NCBI GenBank assembly: GCA_003173895.1
Contig: PJMG01000006.1
Coordinates: 2,820-66,819, forward strand
Length of the DNA stretch: 64,000 bases
DNA from: Candidatus Levyibacteriota bacterium
GTDB taxonomy: Bacteria > Patescibacteriota > Microgenomatia > Levybacterales > UBA12049
Reading direction: 5' to 3'
Shown here piece by piece: positions 46,542 to 55,586 of this stretch (its first letter is position 1; each line of letters begins with the position of its first letter). The position numbers were made by a program, and so were the translations under genes. The notes under the pieces are model-generated. The model was not told the DNA's origin, ran no database searches, and saw only the letters and a program-made list of their open reading frames with translations.

Positions 46542-47711
46542 ATGATGGGTGAAATTATAGAAAGAATCAAAAAGTATAAAATAATTATAATCGTTCTTAT
46601 CATTTTAGTATTAGTAATTATCTTTAATTTACTTCTAAATTCGTCTTCTACCAATACTATTTACACAGTTAAGCGAGAAAATTTAGTAAATACAGTACTC
46701 ATAAATGGCACTTACACTATAGCTTCTCAAACTTCTGTAAACTCTCCCACTAATGGCGTTATTACTAAATTATATGTTAAAAATGGAACTGAAGTTAAAA
46801 AAGGCGATCCACTTTTTTATGTAAATAGCAGCGCCACTGCGGATCAAATAAAAACAGCCTATGCTAACTATTTAGCAGCAAATAGTCAACTACAAGCAGA
46901 TAATGCTATGTTATATTCTTTACAATCTACTATGTATTCTGCATGGCAGGCCTACATTAATCAAGCTACTAATGCTACTTATCAGAACAATGATGGTAGT
47001 CCTAATAGTACTAACAGGATACAGACTACTTTTACTGTTCCACAGTCTGCATGGTTAGCTGCTGAGGCGAACTACAAAAACCAACAGGTTGTGATTAATA
47101 AAGATCAAGCTGCTCTTTCAAGTGCTTTACAAGCATATAACGAAACTCAAAGTGTAACTGTTACTGCTCCTGCTGCAGGCCAAATAGTTAATTTATCAGC
47201 TGCTCTTAATGATCAAGTATCTGCAGTTTCTTCACAAACTTCTCCTTCAAACAATACTACAATTTCCCCAGTTTTAATAATTGCTGATTTTAGTAATCCA
47301 GTTATAATTTCCTCTGTCGATCAAGTTAATATTCCGCGTCTTAAAATAGGTCAAAAAGCTAGCATAGTTTTTGATGCTTTACCTAATCAAACTTTTACAG
47401 GATCAGTTTCAAGTATTGATACTGCTGGTACTAAAGTACAAGGAACTGTAGATTTTAATGTAAATATTACAGTTAATAATGTCACTTCAATGATTCGACC
47501 TAATATGACTACCTCGGTGACTATAGAGACCGGTCGAGCTGATAATGTTTTAACTATTCCTAATGATGCTATTATTTCTAAAAATGGGAAAACTTATGTG
47601 GAGCTAGAAAATAAAAATCTTTCAGAAGTTACACTCGGGCTTAAAGGACTTACTAAAACAGAAGTTATTAATGGATTATCATCAGGAGATAGAATCATTG
47701 AACAACAATAA
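46542..47711 (+). CDS. efflux periplasmic adaptor (HlyD/MacA family)
   Basis: lipoyl-like GVITKLYVKNGTEVKKGDPLF, long Gln/Ala coiled-coil hairpin, VTAPAAGQIVNL, ALPNQTFTGSVSSID. Confidence 0.75.
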   Translation: MMGEIIERIKKYKIIIIVLIILVLVIIFNLLLNSSSTNTIYTVKRENLVNTVLINGTYTIASQTSVNSPTNGVITKLYVKNGTEVKKGDPLFYVNSSATADQIKTAYANYLAANSQLQADNAMLYSLQSTMYSAWQAYINQATNATYQNNDGSPNSTNRIQTTFTVPQSAWLAAEANYKNQQVVINKDQAALSSALQAYNETQSVTVTAPAAGQIVNLSAALNDQVSAVSSQTSPSNNTTISPVLIIADFSNPVIISSVDQVNIPRLKIGQKASIVFDALPNQTFTGSVSSIDTAGTKVQGTVDFNVNITVNNVTSMIRPNMTTSVTIETGRADNVLTIPNDAIISKNGKTYVELENKNLSEVTLGLKGLTKTEVINGLSSGDRIIEQQ

Positions 47712-47792
47712 GATTAGTTAACAGTGATTTCTGAAATGAATAAAAAAACACATTCTGCGAACTTAAAAAGAGAAATATAAAATTAATAATTT

Positions 47793-49010
47793 ATGCATGA
47801 TCTAAGAACAGCTGCTTTTATCGCTTATAAATCGATTCTAAAAGGAAATAAATCTACATTTATACTTTTAATTTTTATCCTTTCACTATCTTTCTTAAAT
47901 ATGATGTTTATCTCAGGAATTCTAAATGGTTTAGAAAATTTATTTTATCGAACCATTATTAATACTTACGCTTCAGACGTTGCTGTAAATCCGCAGGAAA
48001 AACCTGAATTAAAACAATTTATTTTAAATCAAAATGAAGTTCAAGCCGAAATCCAAAGTATTCCTGGAGTTATAGCTACTACTCGTCGTTATTCTCTAGC
48101 TGGATCCATTTCATTTGATAAAGATAAAAATGGACAGTTTAAAAATGTTTCTGGTGCGATTATAGGTATAGATCCTACTCAAGAGCAGAAAGTTTTAACC
48201 TTAAATAATTTAATAATTTCTGGACATTATTTATCTGATACTGATTCTGATCAAATTTTACTTAGCTCAGCATTAGCAGGAGGATATGGAATTCCAGCTC
48301 CGAGTGATTTAGGTGGAGCTAGAGTCGGAGATAAAGTGCAGATTACCTATTCTAATGGTGTAATGAAAACATATACTATTAAAGGAATTTATAATGATGC
48401 TATAGGTATATTTGAGACATTTATTACCGCTCGAGAAGCAGAATCAGTTCTAAATGTTTATAACAGTGCCTCACAAATTTTGGTAAAAACAGATATAGAT
48501 CATACCCCTATTACTACATATCAAAAGAGAATCCAGCAGCTTCAATCTAATTTAAAAATTCAAACTTATTTAGATTTACTTGGTTCATTTAAATCATTTT
48601 TAGATGCACTTAATTTAATTTCAGTCATCGTTAGTGCTATTAGTGTGTTAGTCGCTGCGATTACTATTTTCGTCATTATTTACGTAAATGCGATTAATAA
48701 ACGTAAACAAATCGGAATTTTAAAAGCTATTGGCATCAGACAAACTATCATCATTTGGTCATATATTTTCCAATCACTTTTTTATGCGCTTTTTGGTGTG
48801 ATTATAGGTTCCTTTATCGTTTTTCTTATAATAACTCCACTTCTGAATAAATATCCTATTAATGTAGAATTTGGCTATCTTTATTTAGTTCATAATCCAA
48901 TAACCATTATAGGTGGTATTATTAGTATGTTTTTAGCCGGATTACTAGCAGGATATTTACCAGCTAGAATTGTCGCTCGCCAAAATATAATTAAAGCTAT
49001 TTGGGGCTAA
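47793..49010 (+). CDS. ABC transporter permease, FtsX/MacB type
   Basis: N-terminal TM, large extracytoplasmic domain, C-terminal FtsX 3-TM with RKQIGILKAIGIRQ. Confidence 0.8.
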   Translation: MHDLRTAAFIAYKSILKGNKSTFILLIFILSLSFLNMMFISGILNGLENLFYRTIINTYASDVAVNPQEKPELKQFILNQNEVQAEIQSIPGVIATTRRYSLAGSISFDKDKNGQFKNVSGAIIGIDPTQEQKVLTLNNLIISGHYLSDTDSDQILLSSALAGGYGIPAPSDLGGARVGDKVQITYSNGVMKTYTIKGIYNDAIGIFETFITAREAESVLNVYNSASQILVKTDIDHTPITTYQKRIQQLQSNLKIQTYLDLLGSFKSFLDALNLISVIVSAISVLVAAITIFVIIYVNAINKRKQIGILKAIGIRQTIIIWSYIFQSLFYALFGVIIGSFIVFLIITPLLNKYPINVEFGYLYLVHNPITIIGGIISMFLAGLLAGYLPARIVARQNIIKAIWG

Positions 49011-49035
49011 AGTCCTGAGCGCAGTCGAAGGAATC
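49011..49035 (+). repeat. truncated hairpin-repeat unit forming the intercistronic spacer
   Basis: AGTCCTGAGCGCAGTCGAAGGAATC directly after the stop at 49010; its GAAGGA sits 6-7 nt before ATG 49038. Confidence 0.6.
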
Positions 49036-49037
49036 TT

Positions 49038-49709
49038 ATGATTACTGTTAAAAATCTAAAAAAAACATATCCTGGGAAAGTTCCTACTCCTGCTTTAAAA
49101 GGACTTAGTTTTATCGTCCAGAGTGGAGAGTTTATTGCTTTAACCGGACGAAGTGGATCAGGCAAATCTACTCTACTTCATCAATTAGGCTTACTAGATA
49201 ATCCTACAGAAGGCAACATAATGATTGATCAAACTGACGTATTAGCACTTTCTGATACTAAAAAAACTTTTTATAGACTTACATCTTTAGGTTATGTTTT
49301 CCAGGAATATGCGTTAGTTGCTGAATTTACGGCGTTAGAAAATGTTTTACTGCCTGCTATGGCTTTAGGAAATCATAATGACCAAAAAGAAAGAGCTAAA
49401 GAACTTTTATCTCTAGTGGGCTTGGAAGAAAGATTAAATTATTATCCTAATGAACTTTCAGGTGGTCAACAGCAGCGTGTGGCTATAGCACGAGCGTTAA
49501 TCAATCATCCTAAAATTCTTTTTGCTGATGAACCAACTGCTAATTTAGATACAGCCTCTTCTAAAACAGTTCTGGACATTTTCTTAAAATTAAATAAAGA
49601 AGAAAAACTCACTATTATTATGGTCACTCATGAACCAGACTATGCTAAATTAGCTCAACGAAATATAGAGCTTCTAGATGGACTGATTATTAAGGATAAA
49701 AAGCAATAA
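49038..49709 (+). CDS. ABC transporter ATP-binding protein (MacB/LolD type)
   Basis: Walker A GRSGSGKST, signature LSGGQQQRVAIARAL, Walker B ILFADEPT. Confidence 0.9.
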   Translation: MITVKNLKKTYPGKVPTPALKGLSFIVQSGEFIALTGRSGSGKSTLLHQLGLLDNPTEGNIMIDQTDVLALSDTKKTFYRLTSLGYVFQEYALVAEFTALENVLLPAMALGNHNDQKERAKELLSLVGLEERLNYYPNELSGGQQQRVAIARALINHPKILFADEPTANLDTASSKTVLDIFLKLNKEEKLTIIMVTHEPDYAKLAQRNIELLDGLIIKDKKQ

Positions 49710-49727
49710 ATTACCTCCTTTAAAATC

Positions 49728-49756
49728 TTGTAAACACCACTGTTGTCTGATATTAT
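49728..49756 (+). promoter_or_regulatory. promoter, leaderless configuration
   Basis: TTGTAA, 17-nt spacer, TATTAT (49751-49756), 8 nt to ATG 49765. Confidence 0.5.
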
Positions 49757-49764
49757 TCAACTTA

Positions 49765-50490
49765 ATGAATAAAACAGAAGCCTTAAGTTATCAATTGTAT
49801 CTGGAACTACCCTATGATCCTACCGGAGAAAGCTATAGATTAGATCAACCTCAAACTGATGGGAGCGAAAATTTAGAGGTAAGAGATCAAGCAGTAGAAT
49901 TCGCCATGATGGAAAAACTTTTAGAACAAACTGCTGATGAAAATGTGAATTGGAAAAATATACTAGCTTCTTTAGATAATGAAAATAGGACTAATCAGCC
50001 TAGTTTATTTAGTCCGGATATACTTACTGCTACACTTAATTTATCTACTTTTAACAAAGTTCAATTTTCTGAAAGTTTCGGCTATCAAGGAAAAAAGCAT
50101 AATTATTCTCGATATGGAAATATGAATACTATCCCAGCTGGAAAGCAAATTCTTAACATGTCACTTCAGCCTTTTTCTGAAGATGTAATTTTACTTCACA
50201 CTATAGTAGGTTTACCAGAAACTAAAGAAAAGAATACTACTTTTAGAAATATCGAATTTACTTATATTCGCTCGAAAAGTACTAACCAACCACTCTATGT
50301 TTCATTGAAAGAACGAAGATCACAAAAACCAGCAGCTTCGATAGAAGATGAACCAACTTTTAATTTCACATTTATATTTCATCCTGAAGAGAATCCTAAA
50401 AATACTTTTCTGGAAATGTCTATAAGTGGAACTCAGAGACCCACACCTTTTCATGGATCATTTTACAACACGAGAAAAAGACTTTCATAA
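49765..50490 (+). CDS. orphan protein 1 (241 aa)
   Basis: long ORF with its own promoter; no recognisable motif. Confidence 0.6.
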   Translation: MNKTEALSYQLYLELPYDPTGESYRLDQPQTDGSENLEVRDQAVEFAMMEKLLEQTADENVNWKNILASLDNENRTNQPSLFSPDILTATLNLSTFNKVQFSESFGYQGKKHNYSRYGNMNTIPAGKQILNMSLQPFSEDVILLHTIVGLPETKEKNTTFRNIEFTYIRSKSTNQPLYVSLKERRSQKPAASIEDEPTFNFTFIFHPEENPKNTFLEMSISGTQRPTPFHGSFYNTRKRLS

Positions 50491-50519
50491 TTGACAATTT
50501 TAAAATAGATGATTATCAT
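50491..50519 (+). promoter_or_regulatory. promoter
   Basis: TTGACA (50491-50496), 17-nt spacer, TATCAT, 12 nt to ATG 50532. Confidence 0.5.
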
Positions 50520-50531
50520 GTTAATGATAAT

Positions 50532-51203
50532 ATGCCACGCAGCGAACTTATATGGCAAGAAGTTAAAGATCGTTTAAATCCTCGTATTATTCATACTAAA
50601 AATCCTGAACAATTTGCTCAAAAAATTGCTAAACATAGTTCTCGTAGAGAATTCATTCCCGAGCTAATAATTATAGAATCTAGTGTAAATCCTTTAACTG
50701 AAGGATTTCAAATGGAAACATATAGAGGCAATAAAACTATTCGCTACAGAGAAAATCCTCCACGTAGAAAAAAAGCTGAAGTAATTCCTCATAATTTATG
50801 TGAACCAACTAGACAAGCTAGTCAAGCTGCGAGAAGAGCTAGAGAAGAGAATTTATTACCGTCTATTTATCAAATAGCCACTTCTGCTAATGCTATAGCC
50901 AGTTTTTTAGATGAGACGGCGGGAGTAAGTAGTAATCTTGGATCTTGGGTAAGTGAAAATAGAATTGCTATTTTAAAAGCATTAAATACAGCTGTTAAAA
51001 GAGAAGATTCTGTTAGAGCAGCTATTAAAAATGAGTTTATTAAAAAAGGTGATCCTGAACCAGGAATTATGGTTCATTATTCACCAGGTTTTGGAGATTT
51101 AATAACACGCCGTATACATGGAGACAGAGAACAAGTATTACAAGTGCTTAATAAAAGCAACAATCCAGCAGCTATAGCTCCCTGGCCATCTAGTGGTAAA
51201 TAG
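50532..51203 (+). CDS. orphan protein 2 (223 aa)
   Basis: long ORF with its own promoter; Arg-rich; no motif recognised. Confidence 0.6.
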   Translation: MPRSELIWQEVKDRLNPRIIHTKNPEQFAQKIAKHSSRREFIPELIIIESSVNPLTEGFQMETYRGNKTIRYRENPPRRKKAEVIPHNLCEPTRQASQAARRAREENLLPSIYQIATSANAIASFLDETAGVSSNLGSWVSENRIAILKALNTAVKREDSVRAAIKNEFIKKGDPEPGIMVHYSPGFGDLITRRIHGDREQVLQVLNKSNNPAAIAPWPSSGK

Positions 51204-51211
51204 TAAGAAAA

Positions 51212-51964
51212 TTAAATAGGATCTTTACTCAATGCTTGTACTGCTAACGGATATAATTGTTTATAGATTTTGGCTCCCGCTTTTGCACCTTTTGCTATAA
51301 AAGGCCCTATGTGATATGACATAATCGTAGGAAGTATATCACCTTCAGCCAACCCATCTAGAGAAGCTAAAATAGTTTCTAAAGAGATTTGGAGTAATTG
51401 GTCTCCGGTAGGATCTTGAAGAAGTGAACTTCTGGCTAATTTTCTCTCGTTAAGTAATGTAGTTTTATTTGCCGCATCTTCTAGTAATCCTAATCGTGTT
51501 CGCCTGCGAAAACTTTCGGGAGATTTGGCTGTTTTTAGTTTTGCTTGTTCACTACCTAATAAAATACCATGAAGGACATTTTCTAAACCATATGAAAAGT
51601 CATACCAAAAAATAAAACCTATCTGAGAATTATCTTTATTAAATTGATTGGATATAGATTCCATGGGTAAGGAGATATTTTCTAGTATTGCCTCAGCAGT
51701 CAATTGAGGGGCTGTAGGTAGTATAGTCTTATACAATAAGCTTTTTTCTTTAAAATAACGTATTATTTTATTCTTATTTCTATAAATAGAATGAGTTATC
51801 TCTTGTATTAATGGCTCTCCCATTTCCTGTGTAAAATCCTGTATAGTAGATAAATTAGGATCTATTAATTGCCCTAAAGATGAACGTTCAGCAACTATGT
51901 CGCTTCTTTCACTCGTTGTAAGAGGAGACCAGAGATCTCCTAGACCGAATAGTTTTTCTGCCAT
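51212..51964 (-). CDS. orphan protein 3 (250 aa)
   Basis: long ORF with its own promoter; predicted mostly helical. Confidence 0.6.
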   Translation of the reverse strand: MAEKLFGLGDLWSPLTTSERSDIVAERSSLGQLIDPNLSTIQDFTQEMGEPLIQEITHSIYRNKNKIIRYFKEKSLLYKTILPTAPQLTAEAILENISLPMESISNQFNKDNSQIGFIFWYDFSYGLENVLHGILLGSEQAKLKTAKSPESFRRRTRLGLLEDAANKTTLLNERKLARSSLLQDPTGDQLLQISLETILASLDGLAEGDILPTIMSYHIGPFIAKGAKAGAKIYKQLYPLAVQALSKDPI

Positions 51965-51975
51965 AACCTGAGATC

Positions 51976-52003
51976 ACTTTAGCATATATTCTAGAATTGT
52001 CAA
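51976..52003 (-). promoter_or_regulatory. promoter
   Basis: minus strand TTGACA (51998-52003), 16-nt spacer, TAAAGT (51976-51981), 11 nt to the ATG. Confidence 0.5.
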
Positions 52004-52032
52004 TCTTAATTGGAGCTTACAGCCAGGCAAAT

Positions 52033-53664
52033 CTAATCTTTTGGAGGATCTAATCTTCTAGTAATATCATTAATTAGTCTTTCTACTACATATTCAGGAA
52101 CTCTGTCTTCTTCTGCTAAAGTTTGACAGTGACCCCATACTGTTAAATCAACTCCATCTATAAGTCCAGATAAATGTTCATTCTCATGGAAAGCTGTTGG
52201 TTGATTTACATTGTAATCATATTCTTCTCTTAATCTTTTAGCTAATTCTTGAACTTGCTTACTACTTAGATTAACTCCAATACTTGCTGCTCTTAATAAA
52301 GATACAAATTGTTGTACTTCTTTAGAATATCTTTGATCAGTTAAAAAAACTTTTAATCTTTGTGTATTTTGTGCTGAATAAGCAGTATTTTCACCTTTAT
52401 TATTAAGACCATCTAATCTAGCTGGTTGAATATTTAAATTCATACCATCAATATAGTTTAAAGCTACTAAATATACTTTTTCTCGTATTCCGTGCCACCC
52501 TACTCTAAATCTCTCAGTTGAAGCTACAAAAACTCCTTTTTCAGGATCAATAGAATAATTTCCTGTTATTCCTCTAGATACCATTTCTCTAGCTGTACTC
52601 TGCAATTTTGTTTTAGTGTCTATATCCAATTGATCAAAAAGAGTCATATTACCATCGATTATCACAGGAATTCCTCTTTTTAAATGAGCAGCTGTAGTGG
52701 CTTTTCCGATATTTGCTATTTGAGAATCATCAAATGTACAAGTAGCATAGTCATCGATTCTTAAACGACCCTCAGTAATCATAGTATAAATATCAGCTGC
52801 AAGCATTGTATCTGTAACCGCTGGTGCCATAGGTGTATTAAGATTAACTACTCTATACACATCTGTTAAATTTTCAGGTACAGAAGGTGGAATTTTAGTC
52901 AGCTCTAGATATTGTTTACTTGTTCCAACTGATACAATTCGAGCTTTAAAAGGTAAACCTAAAGCATTAACCATTTTTACATAATCATTGTACATTCTAA
53001 TAAAATATTTTAGTCTATCTGAAGTACTTACTCCTCGTCCAGGATCTTCAAAAATAAGAATTTGTCCCCCTTCAGGCAAAACATTAGACATAGCATGGAA
53101 AGCTCTACTATATAAATCTAAAAATGTGGTTCCTGAGGAAACTAAAATAGGATCTGAACTATCCCTTTTATCCATATGTCTTAATATATTACGCAAAAGA
53201 AGTATATCAGGAGTTCCAGCACCTCTTTGTTCAGCTTCATGTCTTATGATATCACTATCTAGCATTTCTACTACACCTACTGTAGCTCGTGAAGAATGAT
53301 TATTAGGTTCTAGATAAGGATTGATTCCAAAAAATGTATCTCTATTAAAGAATGGCATACTTGCCAGCTTATCTAAATGAGCTCCTGTTCTACCACAACC
53401 TATATCCCAAACTGTTAAGTGTATATCAGTAGCACCTAATACATGTTTAAGATCAAAATCTTCAATATAATTCTCTGCAGTAGGAACAAATAATCTTTCT
53501 ATTGGACCACCAATTACACTAATTTCTATATCAGTAAGCCTGGTTAATAAACTTTGATAAGCCTCACTATCACTAAATGCAGCTAGTATCCTTTGTTGAG
53601 GAGTAGGTGTATTTTCGCCTGGATTAACAGGCATTTGGTTTGGATTATTTAGTAATTCTCCCAT
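52033..53664 (-). CDS. orphan protein 4: class-I SAM-methyltransferase-like N-terminal region plus ~320-aa unknown C-terminal region
   Basis: LTVWDIGCGRTGAHL (motif I-like), PDILLLRNILRHM, LPEGGQILIFE; the remainder is unassigned. Confidence 0.45.
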   Translation of the reverse strand: MGELLNNPNQMPVNPGENTPTPQQRILAAFSDSEAYQSLLTRLTDIEISVIGGPIERLFVPTAENYIEDFDLKHVLGATDIHLTVWDIGCGRTGAHLDKLASMPFFNRDTFFGINPYLEPNNHSSRATVGVVEMLDSDIIRHEAEQRGAGTPDILLLRNILRHMDKRDSSDPILVSSGTTFLDLYSRAFHAMSNVLPEGGQILIFEDPGRGVSTSDRLKYFIRMYNDYVKMVNALGLPFKARIVSVGTSKQYLELTKIPPSVPENLTDVYRVVNLNTPMAPAVTDTMLAADIYTMITEGRLRIDDYATCTFDDSQIANIGKATTAAHLKRGIPVIIDGNMTLFDQLDIDTKTKLQSTAREMVSRGITGNYSIDPEKGVFVASTERFRVGWHGIREKVYLVALNYIDGMNLNIQPARLDGLNNKGENTAYSAQNTQRLKVFLTDQRYSKEVQQFVSLLRAASIGVNLSSKQVQELAKRLREEYDYNVNQPTAFHENEHLSGLIDGVDLTVWGHCQTLAEEDRVPEYVVERLINDITRRLDPPKD

Positions 53665-53724
53665 AATATTTTGCCTTAAAGCCGTATGCGAATATTATCC
53701 TATATTACGACTAAATTAACCCAT

Positions 53725-53753
53725 ATTATATAATAATGTCTAAAAAATGTCAA
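53725..53753 (-). promoter_or_regulatory. perfect-consensus promoter of orphan 4
   Basis: minus strand TTGACA (53748-53753), 17-nt spacer, TATAAT (53725-53730); 60-nt leader (the only long leader in the block). Confidence 0.6.
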
Positions 53754-53914
53754 CACTATGCGACAGCTCTCTTATTCTAGAAAAGAGTGAATTTTCTAAT
53801 TTTTACAGTACAATATAGCACTGGTGGAAAGAAGTTTTTTACTTTAAAATTTGAGATTTTTATTTTTTTTAAACGGGTTGCGAAGTGGAAACTAATCTTA
53901 AAATATGTCCTATA

Positions 53915-54301
53915 TTATTGACCGGGCTCCTTTTCTAACGCCTCTACTATGAGTTGTCTTAACTCTTCTTTATCCAAAGTTCTTGAATAGTCCCCTATTT
54001 CAACTTTCCATGTAGTTTCATCTACTCTAGTTACACCTGTAGGTTCTGTAGGTAAATAACTCCATCCAGGATTTTCAGTAAATTCAGTAAATAATTTAGC
54101 TATTTCTGGATTAATGGCTAAACTTATAACTGTACTACCCACTTTAGCATCAAGTGCTTGCATTAAAAGACTTAAACTAATATTTTTACCCTCTCCAACT
54201 GGAATTAAAACAGGTCTTTGTGAATCTATTGAAATATCATTTAGCCAATCTGGTAACTTACCTGCCCTAATTAATGGGTGTTCATTTTCATTAGCTGACA
54301 T
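53915..54301 (-). CDS. orphan protein 5 (128 aa)
   Basis: ORF; no motif recognised. Confidence 0.5.
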   Translation of the reverse strand: MSANENEHPLIRAGKLPDWLNDISIDSQRPVLIPVGEGKNISLSLLMQALDAKVGSTVISLAINPEIAKLFTEFTENPGWSYLPTEPTGVTRVDETTWKVEIGDYSRTLDKEELRQLIVEALEKEPGQ

Positions 54302-54373
54302 ATGGATATTTTAGCAAAATTAAATTTTGTTTTCTATTAAAGTATATATTCTCAGTTAATTTTATTACTCGCG

Positions 54374-54898
54374 CTAAGATTCTAATTCAATAAGTCCTTT
54401 GTCGCTATCAATTTTAACCATATTTAAGAGAGTTGTTGCGTCTTCAAGTCTTTGTCTTGCTTTTTCTAATTCTGTTTCTGCTGATGTAACTCCTGTTTTA
54501 GCAGAATCCATTTCGTATTCAGCTTCTTTTACGACTGCTACAATATTTTCTCTTGCAAGACGCTTAAACAATTTATCGGCGTAGGGAAATTTTAATTCTA
54601 ATAATCTAGTGAGGAATAAAGTTTCTTCAACTGTTGCACGTCTATTTATTAATGGAGATAAATCAAACGAATTTCCTCCTTGAGCTTCTGATTGAATCAG
54701 AAAAACTCCTTTAATTTCGCCGTCTCCATATCTAGGAGACGCAAAAAGATTTAGATTCACTGGTTGTGATAAGTATGAAATACCTGGAATTTGATACGTA
54801 ACGTTAAATTGTTCAGCTCCAGGAGTTCCTAAAATGCGCAATTTTTCCGCTTCTGTTTGGAAATCTTGATTTGGTAGTGAATATTTTTCTATTGACAT
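54374..54898 (-). CDS. orphan protein 6 (174 aa, C-terminal coiled-coil-like)
   Basis: ORF with its own promoter; C-terminus AETELEKARQRLEDATTLLNMV. Confidence 0.55.
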   Translation of the reverse strand: MSIEKYSLPNQDFQTEAEKLRILGTPGAEQFNVTYQIPGISYLSQPVNLNLFASPRYGDGEIKGVFLIQSEAQGGNSFDLSPLINRRATVEETLFLTRLLELKFPYADKLFKRLARENIVAVVKEAEYEMDSAKTGVTSAETELEKARQRLEDATTLLNMVKIDSDKGLIELES

Positions 54899-54907
54899 AA
54901 CTTATTG

Positions 54908-54936
54908 ACTATACTATATCTTGTAATTGTATTCAA
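54908..54936 (-). promoter_or_regulatory. promoter, near-leaderless
   Basis: minus strand TTGAAT (54931-54936), 17-nt spacer, TATAGT (54908-54913), 9 nt to the ATG. Confidence 0.5.
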
Positions 54937-54995
54937 GTTCCTAGACATATTAATTAGTGTAACCATTAATAACTTCATTTCAATGATTTACTGAA

Positions 54996-55583
54996 TTACG
55001 AACCTTTGCTTAAAGCTAGGAGTACCAATGGCCCTGATGGCTCTTTGGTATTATCACTAGTTTCCCCTTTTGCGAACGTGCTATATACTTGACCTACCAT
55101 AGGTTGAGTATCTCCAGATGCTTGAATTAAACTTGGATCTTTAGAAATCATTTGTCCTACTACATTCATACCCCACCAACTATCATTTAAAGCCTCTTGT
55201 CCAGGCATTAATACTTGTTTTTGCACATCATATATTAAAGCATTAGAATTCCCATTTAGTGAATAAACGTTTACTATTAAATCTCTCTCATCTCTACCTG
55301 ACTGACGAGAGGTAATAGGATAATTTCTAGCTACTCTAATTTTTATACCCTGATTAACTAATTTCAGATTATGTAAATCAACCTCTTCTATTCTACCTAC
55401 TTCACCAGCCAGATTTTCTGGTGTGGGAATAAAATGACTATGATTTGCTTCTGAACAAGCTGTAAGCAGCATATCTGCTAACATGGGTAGTCCTAGAGTT
55501 ACTGCAGTACCCCATTTTAAAAATCCTCTTCTATCCATGGTTCTTTTAGGTGTAATTTGCTTTTCTGCTTCTGAATTTAACAT
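54996..55583 (-). CDS. orphan protein 7: predicted Tat-signal lipoprotein
   Basis: twin-arginine motif DRRGFLKWG, h-region TAVTLGLPMLADMLL, lipobox LLTAC; SD GGAG 11 nt upstream; 3 nt after the upstream gene. Confidence 0.6.
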   Translation of the reverse strand: MLNSEAEKQITPKRTMDRRGFLKWGTAVTLGLPMLADMLLTACSEANHSHFIPTPENLAGEVGRIEEVDLHNLKLVNQGIKIRVARNYPITSRQSGRDERDLIVNVYSLNGNSNALIYDVQKQVLMPGQEALNDSWWGMNVVGQMISKDPSLIQASGDTQPMVGQVYSTFAKGETSDNTKEPSGPLVLLALSKGS

Positions 55584-55586
55584 GCT

